From NCBI RefSeq assembly GCF_006345805.1, contig NW_021826590.1, positions 1-12,456 on the forward strand: 12,456 bases of DNA. The letters run 5' to 3'. A model generated the notes under the pieces. It worked only from the letters and a program-made list of their open reading frames with translations, did no database searches and was not told the DNA's origin. Origin of the DNA: Octopus sinensis. Taxonomy: Eukaryota. Positions 1-7,562 of this stretch are shown one piece after another. How positions within the stretch are numbered: position 1 is the stretch's first letter; each line of letters starts with the position of its first letter. A program made the translations under genes and the position numbers.

Positions 1-278
1 GGGCGCTGAGATACGTGAAAAATTCTCTTTAACAATCTGTAGAGAATCAGTGGTGGATGATAGCGGCGATATTCCTGGAGGGACGCTGGGCGTCGAAGAC
101 AATCAAGTGGCTGCTATCTTCCAGAGAATGTCTACGATGAGTCAACGATTTAAAAAAAAAATTACCATCATTTTTTTTCCATTTTTAATGTATTTTTTGC
201 TATTTTTTGGCTATACTCTCTACAAAAATGCTTATATAGTTTTCCTCTACAACCCGAGCAACGCCGGCATCCTGCTAG
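1..278 (+). mobile_element. 3' end of a (probably non-autonomous) Helitron; 5' part lies outside the window
   Basis: GC-rich subterminal hairpin CCG-A-GC-AAC-GC-CGG (254-267), a 7-nt spacer, terminal CTAG (275-278), then T (279). This is the canonical Helitron 3' signature. No Rep/helicase motifs are visible. Confidence 0.7.
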
Positions 279-325
<47 letters not shown>

Positions 326-338
326 ATATATACACACA
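279..338. repeat. Interrupted (TA)n microsatellite grading into (CA)n
   Basis: Direct reading: tatataatatatat...tacacacac. Confidence 0.95.
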
Positions 339-855
339 CAAACCAATACCTTCATATATATACCTGACGACAGACACATTCACAAACAAGAGTAAGAGAA
401 CAATAACAGTAACACGCAACACACTTGGTAGGGGTTACGAAAATTTCTAATAAGGGTGTTACTCACATTACTCAATGTTTCGTGAGCGCATGGGATATGT
501 CTATCACATCGCTATGTTCGTAGGATTTGATGAGATAGCCGTGTTTACGCATCCACGAAACCTTAAGTCATAGAGAGTTAAGTCTGGAAGATAGCACAAG
601 GCCGATCGATAACTTCTAGAAATCCCTGGGTTAACAGTGCCCCTAGGGAGAATTGTCTGCTTGAGTTAAATACTATAGGCATGGAAATGGCGTCAGCAAG
701 CATTTCAGAGATGCAAACAAGACGAAACGGCCCCGCACGAACTCGTTCGGTGTTCAAGAATTGCTAACCTGTGGGTCTATATCGAACACCTACCGCCGGG
801 TGTAGGATTGATCCAGCTTTTAACTGAATCCATCGTGATGATCACACCGCTGCCT

Positions 856-1274
856 TCGTTAGCACGCCGGACAAAATGCTTCGCTGCTTTTCGTCCGTCT
901 GCATGTTCTGTGTTCAAATTCCGCCGAGGTTGAATTTGCCTTTCATCCATTCGGGATCGATAAATTCAGTACCAGTGAAACACTGGGGGTGATGTAACCT
1001 ATTTCTTTATTGCCCACAAGAGGCTAAACACAGAGAGGACAAACAAGGACAGACAAACGGATTAAGTCGATTACATCGACCCCAGTGCGTAACTGGTACT
1101 TATTTAATCGACTTCGAAAGGATGAAAGGCAAAGTCGACCTCGGCGGAATTTGAACTCAGAACGTAGCGGCAGACGAAATACCGCTAAGCATTTCGCCCG
1201 GCATGCTAACGATTCTGCCAGCTCGGTGCCTGGGGGTGATGTAACCGACTAGTCTCCTCCCCCAAAATTTCAGG
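856..1274 (+). mobile_element. Older tRNA-derived SINE, truncated at both ends (two pieces: 856-999 and 1231-1274)
   Basis: B-box-like GTTCAAATTCC at 912-922. About 80% identical over 144 nt to the antisense SINE at 1000-1230 (manual alignment). Continues after the nested insertion with gactagtctcctcccccaaaatttcagg, resembling the tail of the SINE at 11145-11362. Confidence 0.8.
1000..1230 (-). mobile_element. Full-length younger tRNA-derived SINE with a 16-bp target-site duplication
   Basis: Minus strand begins GGCACCGAGCTGGCAGAATCGTTAGC (A-box-like), has B-box GAGTTCAAATTCC (1146-1158) and ends TTGTGGGCAATAAAGAAATA. Flanked by the exact direct repeat TGGGGGTGATGTAACC at 984-999 and 1231-1246. 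Confidence 0.9.
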
Positions 1275-1714
1275 GATGGACGGGGAGTTTTTATAAGCCT
1301 GGTGGCCATGGCGTAAGAGATTGTATGGTGAACGCAACTGAAAGGGCTGAAGACAAGCACTTTCCCCCTTGACCAATTCTACATCAACTTCTTCAACTTT
1401 CACTTGAAAAAGAATATAAGGGTGGAGGAGGGAGTGTTGCTCTCCAGCGATTTTTCTGAGAGATGGATGAGAGTGGCGAGTATGGTGCGTGTGAACGGAC
1501 CTACTCTGAACATACGCCTATAAAACAGAAATTGAAAAACAGACAAAGAGCACCTACCGTTGAATTCAGGGAACTTGTGGTTTTATGACGATTTTCCATC
1601 AACAACCATCCAATTCCTCCTCCGTATTGAGGATTACACATTGTTAGAATTTTATTATTATCGCTTTTTTATCCTTAAACCTGTTTGCACCCAAAACCCC
1701 CCACACTAACACAT

Positions 1715-1715
<1 letters not shown>

Positions 1716-1763
<48 letters not shown>
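1716..1763. repeat. (CA)24 microsatellite
   Basis: Direct reading. Confidence 0.97.
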
Positions 1764-1765
<2 letters not shown>

Positions 1766-1818
1766 GCTTTTACCTTATTATTTTCCTTAATGTAAAATTT
1801 TTGTGGTTACTAAAGAAA

Positions 1819-1885
1819 TTATTATTAATTATTATATTATTATATTATTATTATTATATTATTATTATTATTATTATTATGTTAT
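1819..1885. repeat. (ATT)n/(TAA)n array
   Basis: Direct reading; lies between the Tx1-like 3' end and Dong fragment A. Confidence 0.95.
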
Positions 1886-2374
1886 TTTTCCTTCTTTCTT
1901 CAAATTTTCTTCCGTTTCTCGCCGAGTGTTTTCCATACACTTAGGGCAGAGAAGGGCATTGTATGCATTCCCAGATTACACAAATTCACAGATAAAATAT
2001 GTATTTAAAAATTAATAAATAAATAAATTCATGGATGGATGTTGTTTTCACAGCGATAATGCTCTTCTCAGTACATGAGCCGTTCCAGTTAATACGATTT
2101 TTTGCACTTCCTGTAGGGATGGTAAGCCTGGAATCATTTTCAAATAGGTTTCAGTACCTTTTTTTTTATCATTCCTAGAGATCCTACAATCACTGGTACT
2201 GTAGTTGCCTTGAGATGCCACATTTTTTCAGTTTCCATTAGCAGGTCTTTATATTTGCTAATCTTGTCAAATTCTTTCGCCGCTATATTGTGATCACAGG
2301 GAATACTCATGTCAATTAATAAACACATCCTTTTTGTCTGATCTTTTATAATAATATCCGGTTTATTGGCTTTA
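1886..2374 (-). mobile_element. Dong/R4-clade RLE retrotransposon fragment A (5'-truncated: RLE endonuclease plus 3' UTR)
   Basis: Reconstructed KANKPDIIIKDQTKRMCLLIDMSIPCDHNIAAKEFDKISKYKDL...VPVIVGSLGMIKK/GTETYLKMIPGLPSLQEVQKIVLTGTAHVLRRALSL* with the PD..D..K/KY restriction-like endonuclease motif. Frameshift in the T9 run at 2159-2167; stop at 2048-2050. Flanked by (TAA)n on both sides. Confidence 0.9.
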
Positions 2375-2377
2375 TTA

Positions 2378-2457
<80 letters not shown>

Positions 2458-2495
2458 TATCATTATTATTACTATTATTATCATTATTATTATTA

Positions 2496-2566
<71 letters not shown>
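2372..2566. repeat. Long (ATT)n array with ACT/ATC variants
   Basis: Direct reading. Confidence 0.97.
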
Positions 2567-2980
2567 TTGGTTTGGCTAAGGGTCGATCATATTCCTGATA
2601 GGATTTATGTGGGTAGCGGGTTACTACCTGTAACCTTAGGTAGCCACAAGTTTTAAGCAGTCTTTCAAAAGCTTAGAACCCTCCTGATAATTCTTGCTGT
2701 CCCTAAGAGGCAAACTTTCTGTAGGAGCTCTACCGGGCATTCAATTTCAATCTCCTTCAGTTATTTGTCTATATCTTTACTTACTGTTTCCAATTATTCT
2801 AGGCACGACCTTTACTGTTCTCGTGGTCCAAATTCTTCCTATTTCAAATTTTAAGGGATTGTATTTTTTTGTTTTTGTTTTTGTTCTTCTTTCCTTACGA
2901 TCCTGGAATCAAACGGGCATATAATCGTTTTCTAACTTCTTGTCTGTTTGAATAGGAAAGTCCCTCAAAATCTTACATTT
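2567..2980 (-). mobile_element. Dong/R4-clade fragment B (internally deleted RLE plus 3' UTR)
   Basis: KCKILRDFPIQTDKKLEN / CPFDSRIVRKEEQK..KYNPLKFEIGRIW..VKVVP / TVSKDIDK*LKEIEIECPVELLQKVCLLGTARIIRRVLSF*. 3' UTR motif TACCTAAG...AGTAACCCGCTACCCACA is shared with the copy at 10874-11130. Flanked by (TAA)n. Confidence 0.85.
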
Positions 2981-2997
2981 TATTATTATTATTATTA

Positions 2998-3049
<52 letters not shown>
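2980..3049. repeat. (ATT)n array
   Basis: Direct reading. Confidence 0.97.
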
Positions 3050-3052
<3 letters not shown>

Positions 3053-4621
3053 TAGTTTTATTTTTATAGCGTGCTTTCACTTCACTACCGAGCACAGCTC
3101 TGTGTGCCTTGGGTATGTGCTGTGATTGTTGTGATGCTCTGATGGTTATTGTATGGAAAGTGTTCTGCGTAGGATGTGTGCAGTGCTAGTAGTGCAATTT
3201 TCTGTATGTTATATGTGTTTGTAAGTCCTGGTGTTTTTGTTATGTATTTGTCTGAATATTTTTTTATCGTGCCTAATGCACCTACTATGATAGGAATTGT
3301 TCTGTTTTCAGATTCCACATTCTAGTTACCTCTATTTCCAGGTCTTTGTATTTTGAGAGTTTCTCCATTTCTTTTAGAGACACGTTGTCATCAGCCGGTA
3401 TTGATACATCAATTAGAAAGCATTTTTTTTCTTCATGATCTCTGAAACTATATCTGGTCTGTTGGCCTTAATTTCTCTATCTGTGTGTATCGGCATATCC
3501 CAGAGTATGGTTGCTTTCTCGTTTTCTGTGACCTTTTCTGGTGTGTGCCTATACCATCTTTTTCTGTTGTTATTCCATAATGTTGGCATAGCTTCCAATG
3601 TATGTAGGTTCCAACTCTGTCATGTCTGTGAATATATTCCTTCTTAGCCAAGACTGGGCAGCTAGAGATAATATGATTTATTGTTTCTTGTCATCTCCAC
3701 ATATTCTGCAGTTACTTGTAATATTTCTTTCATTACATGTTTTTGGTAATTCTGGTGGGGAGGCTTTGGTCTTGTGCTGCAATTAAAAATCCCTCTGTTT
3801 CTGCTTTGAGTCCTGAGCTTCTCAACCATTGCTGGGATTTTTCTTTGTCTATTTCTTTTGCGTTTAGTTTAGTCCAGTATTTACCATGAAGGGGCTTTTC
3901 TTGCCATCGTTTTATCATGGTTCGTCGCTGTTCTATTTTTAGTTTGGATTTCATTTGTTTTATAGCTTTTGTTGTTTCTTCATCTTCTTCTTCTTCATGT
4001 TTATTAGGTGGTATGATTTCTTGTTTGTATTTGTCAGCTTCCTTAAATACTGAGAACAGTTTTTGTTTTGCTCGTGTTTTGCCGCTATCTGGATCAGTTT
4101 TCCTTCCTTCTGAAGTAGATATTTTTGCAGTCCTATGGTGGTTAATTTATAGTAGTTTTCCAGCTGTATAGGCCTCTACCACCTTCTATACGTTGTATAT
4201 ATAGTCTTTCTATGTCAGATTTTGGGTGATGCATCCTAGATCCTGTCATTATTTTTCTTGTTTTCCTATCTATTTTGGTCAGTTCATTTCGTGTCCAGTT
4301 AAGGATATTGTAGCTGTAACTTATAACTGGGACAGCTAAAGTGTTGATACCTATTATCTTGTTTTTAGCATTGAGCTCTGTGTTTAGTATTGATCTAACT
4401 CGTCTATAATATTCTTTTTTTATTTTCTCTTTCATTTGTGTGTGTTGTGTTTTATCTAGTTCATGGATTCCTAAGTATTTGTAAGTTTGGCTTTGGTCTA
4501 ATTCTTTTATTTCATTGGTTTTATCTAGTGTGATGTTGTTACTCTTAACTAGTTTTCCTCTTTTCATGGTTACTTTGGCGCATTTTTCTAATCCAAATTT
4601 CATATCTATTTCTTTGGTAAA
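3050..4621 (-). mobile_element. Dong/R4-clade fragment C, 1.57 kb, 5'-truncated: end of RT, thumb/linker, CCHC knuckle, RLE, 3' UTR
   Basis: The listed ORF pieces join into one frame of about 490 codons: FTKEIDMKFGLEKC..YKYLG..HPKSDIERLY..GGRGL..LHGKY..LKAETEGFLIAAQDQSL..CRICG..ETINHIISSCPVLAKKEYIHRHD..ILWDMPIHTD..NRPDIV..IDVSIP..EKLSKYKDL..PIIVGALG..QKIALLGTAHILRRTLSIQ* (stop 3146-3148). Nine single-base deletions are needed to restore the frame. Flanked by (TAA)n. Confidence 0.95.
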
Positions 4622-4644
4622 TTATTATTATTATTATTATTATT

Positions 4645-4736
<92 letters not shown>
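4621..4736. repeat. Compound (ATT)n-(GTT)n-(ATT)n microsatellite
   Basis: ATT 4621-4647, GTT 4648-4686, ATT 4687-4736. Confidence 0.97.
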
Positions 4737-4737
<1 letters not shown>

Positions 4738-4792
4738 GACGTCGCACAGCATACAATATTGTGAGGTTGTTGATTGAAGATATTATTATATT

Positions 4793-4883
4793 ATTTTTTC
4801 GCATGACAGTTCCGGAGCCAGTTATGAACTCCTTTGCATACATCCAATCAGAGCTCAACTTGTGTCCACCTAGTCACGAAAAT
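4793..4883 (+). repeat. About 90-bp repeat module (degenerate copy of the module at 9856-9948 on the minus strand)
   Basis: ttttttcgcatgacagttccggagccagttatgaactcctttgcatacatccaatcagagctcaacttgtgtccacctagtcacgaaaat closely matches the reverse complement of 9856-9948. Confidence 0.85.
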
Positions 4884-5036
4884 TTGTTTATGTTTTTGTT
4901 CTTCTTTCCTTACGATCCTGGAATCAAACGGGCATGATGGGTCGATAAGTAAGCAACCTCGCTTTTCCATATCTATAATCGTTATATCTTATCTATCATT
5001 TTCTAATTTCTTGTCTGAATAGGAAAGTCCCACAGG
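4884..5036 (-). mobile_element. Dong/R4-clade fragment E (same family as B), internal RLE piece
   Basis: LWDFPIQT/KKLENDR*DITIIDMEKRGCLLIDPSCPFDSRIVRKEEQK. Positions 4891-4935 are identical to 2876-2920. Confidence 0.85.
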
Positions 5037-5703
5037 GGTTTGTACTGTTTGTCAAATCACAATAAGAACCTCAGACAGACAGACAGTACTTTACGCAATA
5101 TGCGTGCAGTTCCAAGTAATGCCGACTTCTGCAATACATCTAGATTGTAGGGTATTTCTGAGGCTTTCAGATGTTTTTTCAGATTGTGTGGTATTGAACC
5201 CAATGCTTTGATGACAATAAGGATAACCTTTATGTTTGACTCTCGTAGCTGCCACACATCTTAGCAATCCCAATTCTCAGGTCTCCATATTTATCAACCT
5301 TTTCTCTTTCTTTCATGATGATATGCTGATCTCCTGGCACTGCCACATCAATTATTGAGCAGTTTTGTTTGTCCCTCCTAAAGGTTACTATATCCGGCCT
5401 TCGGTGCTCTAACACTTTGTCTGTCTGGAAATCAAAGTCCCAGAGGATTTTTGCCTTCCCCTTTTCGTCCATTACCTTCTCTGGTGAATGTTGGTACCAA
5501 GCATCCGTAAACTCATATCCATACTTACGGCATAATAGCCAGTTGAAGATTTGGGCTACCTTGTCGTGTCTACCCTTGTACGCTTTCTGTGCAAGACTTT
5601 CACAAGCACCAACAATGTGAGTCACACTTTCGACCCTCTTCCGACACATTCTGCAGAGGTCCGATGCACTTGTCTGGTATATATTCTTTTTCATGAGTTG
5701 GTA
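5035..5703 (-). mobile_element. Dong/R4-clade fragment D (CCHC knuckle plus RLE; 5'-truncated, 3' UTR cut short)
   Basis: CRMCRKRVESVTHIVGAC..YKGRHDKVA..ILWDFDFQTDKVLEHRRPDIV..IIDVAVP..KEREKVDKYGDL..KMW/..ALGSIP..LQKSALLGTARILRKVLSV. Disrupted by a TG duplication (~5255) and a TGTC duplication (~5074-5083). (TAA)n lies upstream. Confidence 0.93.
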
Positions 5704-5712
5704 TTATTATTA

Positions 5713-5779
<67 letters not shown>
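5703..5779. repeat. (ATT)n array
   Basis: Direct reading. Confidence 0.97.
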
Positions 5780-6062
5780 GAGTGAGAGAGCAGTGCATGC
5801 CATCAAAGTGACACTGGGGTAAAATATACGAAGCCCAGCATACCCATCATGACTACCCGTCTGATAAGAGTACACCAGGCACATGCATCACAACCATATG
5901 TGTGCGACATGGTGATTTCATATCAAGATAAACAGCACATGACCTTGCAGGTGGGGCGCAGTTAGAATTTTCTTCAGGTCGAGTAACCCATCCCACTCGA
6001 AAAGTCCCTGAATAAGGGTTGTTTAAGGATGTTGAACGAAACACCCATGTTTCCAGAGGTTA
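5780..6062 (-). mobile_element. Non-coding ~283-bp element embedded in (TAA)n; candidate non-autonomous Dong passenger
   Basis: Complex, GC-richer block flanked on both sides by (TAA)n. No RT/RLE similarity in any frame. Minus strand ends CTGCTCTCTCACTC then ATAATAAT, like the Dong 3' junctions. Resembles a recalled abundant octopus repeat. Strand and mechanism are inferred. Confidence 0.6.
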
Positions 6063-6087
6063 ATTATTATTATTATTATTATTATTA

Positions 6088-6120
<33 letters not shown>

Positions 6121-6131
6121 TACTATTATAA

Positions 6132-6171
<40 letters not shown>

Positions 6172-6195
6172 CATCATCGTCATCATTGTTGTTGT
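6061..6195. repeat. (ATT)n array decaying into ATC/GTT
   Basis: Direct reading. Confidence 0.95.
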
Positions 6196-6654
6196 TATAT
6201 ATATTGATACGTATGAAGTCAAAACATTTGTTAATTAACTAATTAATTAAATATATTGTTTATAAATACAACTGTTTGTCTTTTCTTTATTTTGTTAATA
6301 AATAGAAAAGAAATCGATTATAAGAAAGCAAGATTATCAACGGACAATTTGCATCGCTGACGTCAAAGGTGTTAGGCTCTGATTCATTCTAATCCGGCAG
6401 GTCGATGACCCACACGCACACACTCCGTAACGTGAAAAAAAGTTGTCTTCCACAATGTAGAACAGCCTGTTTCTACCTCAGTTAAGCGTCATCAGCACGG
6501 TAGTTGCTTTACCTTCTCTTCAACAAAAAAAATAGGATACTTCGACATATACCAATAAGAATACAACATACATACATGCAGACACACGTATGTAAATATG
6601 TATGTGTGTTTCTTTATAAATACTATGTGTGTATATGTATATATATATATATAA

Positions 6655-6810
6655 GAATTTTTTGCATAATAAGATAAAAAACCAAGGCTGTGTAGATAGT
6701 AGATCATTTATAGCTAGGTCTTACAGCTGTTTCTAGGATACTTATTAATTATACCCCTTCATCGGAGACAGTGTGAGAGGATAGTTATGTCATAGTTAGT
6801 TTAGATTTAT
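6655..6810 (-). mobile_element. Short Penelope-like/retrozyme-like remnant carrying a hammerhead motif
   Basis: About 155-bp complex block between TA/TATG-rich microsatellites that contains the hammerhead at 6718-6769. Boundaries are approximate and there is no coding evidence. Confidence 0.5.
6718..6769 (-). ncRNA. Minimal type-I hammerhead ribozyme motif (U4C variant)
   Basis: Minus strand GUCU-CCGAUGA-A-GGGGUAU-aauuaauaa-GUAUCCU-A-GAAAC-AGCU-GUA^AGAC. Stem I GUCU/AGAC 4 bp; stem II 7 bp with three G.U pairs; palindromic stem III ACAGCUGU; GUA cleavage triplet. The only core deviation is U4->C. Confidence 0.75.
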
Positions 6811-7124
6811 ATATGTATGTATATATGTATGTATGTATGTATGTACTAGCATATGCATATACACGCATATACATATAGTCACGTATATAAAAACACACAC
6901 TAATACGCTCCTATACACCTACACACAGAAAAGCAAATATGTGTGTATATGTGATACATTTCTATAAATGTATGTGCATTTGGGTATACGTAACCATACA
7001 TAAAACACTCTAATATACGTCTGTATGTACATATACATATATATATACACATACACACACACACACATCTAAACGCATAGGAAGTTTGAATACTTTGTAC
7101 AAATACACAATATTCGTAAATTTA

Positions 7125-7133
7125 TGTGTGTGT

Positions 7134-7226
<93 letters not shown>
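7125..7226. repeat. Compound (TG)n-(CA)n-(TA)n microsatellite
   Basis: Direct reading. Confidence 0.95.
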
Positions 7227-7229
<3 letters not shown>

Positions 7230-7431
7230 CTAATAAAAAGGGTTCAGCAAAGATTTGCATCACCACACACCGAAGTTTAGAAATAGCAGCCAAAATTCTT
7301 AGCTATTTCTTCAACTTTAACTCCGGGAGACCCCCTTTTAAAGTAGAAGAAGTAGCTAAGATTTTTGGCTGCTATTTCTAAACTTCGGTGTGTGGTGATG
7401 CAAATCTTTGCTGAACCCTTTTTATTAGTAT
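7227..7431. repeat. 205-bp near-perfect palindrome (94-bp arms, 17-nt spacer)
   Basis: 7227-7320 versus the reverse complement of 7338-7431: 91/94 identical by manual comparison. Confidence 0.95.
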
Positions 7432-7522
7432 TACATAAAATAACCGTGAAATGGTCCTTTTTTCATACCGAATTCTACTTGGTGAAATTATTAATTACTT
7501 CTTAATTAATTAATTTTATCCC

Positions 7523-7562
<40 letters not shown>

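Larger units (their letters stand above)
596..1819 (+). mobile_element. Decayed 3' end of an L1/Tx1-clade non-LTR retrotransposon (ORF2 C-terminus plus 3' UTR), split by SINE insertions at 856-1274
   Basis: Manual translation. Frame 2 from 596: TRPIDNF*KSLG*QCP*GELSA*VKYYRHGNGVSK. After a frameshift, frame 1: QRCKQDETAPHELVRCSRIANLWVYIEHL...ESIVMITPLPSL, a C..ET..H....C zinc-knuckle remnant (Cys 712, His 736, Cys 751). It resumes after the SINE at 1272: RDGRGVFISLVAMA*EIVW*TQLKGLKTSTFPLDQFYINFFNFHLKKNIRVEEGVLLSSDFSERWMRVASMVRVNGPTLNIRL* (stop 1521-1523). The putative 3' UTR ends tgtggttactaaagaaat before an (ATT)n tail. Clade assignment is from recalled similarity and needs a database check. 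Confidence 0.7.

Noticed and set aside
50-367. 105-aa ORF at the window start
   Set aside because: Non-ATG start, crosses the Helitron terminus and ends in (TA)n read-through (YIYIYI); no recognisable domain.
582-765. Frame-3 peptide ELNTIGMEMASASISEMQTRR as an APE endonuclease fragment
   Set aside because: Similarity is superficial; the other two frames explain the region much better as Tx1 C-terminal sequence.
3435-5620. Plus-strand ORFs 3435-3647, 3598-3786, 3917-4171 and 5369-5620
   Set aside because: Antisense shadows of the minus-strand Dong ORFs.
5880-6010. Possible HDV-like ribozyme fold on the minus strand (P1 GACUUU/AAGGUC, P3 GCG/UGC with a 7-nt loop, P4 UGC/GCA)
   Set aside because: Lacks the conserved L3 U/G pair, a proper G1 partner and the C-R-A-A J4/2 motif, and is internal rather than at a 5' end. 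An RNArobo scan of the family consensus would be needed to revive it.
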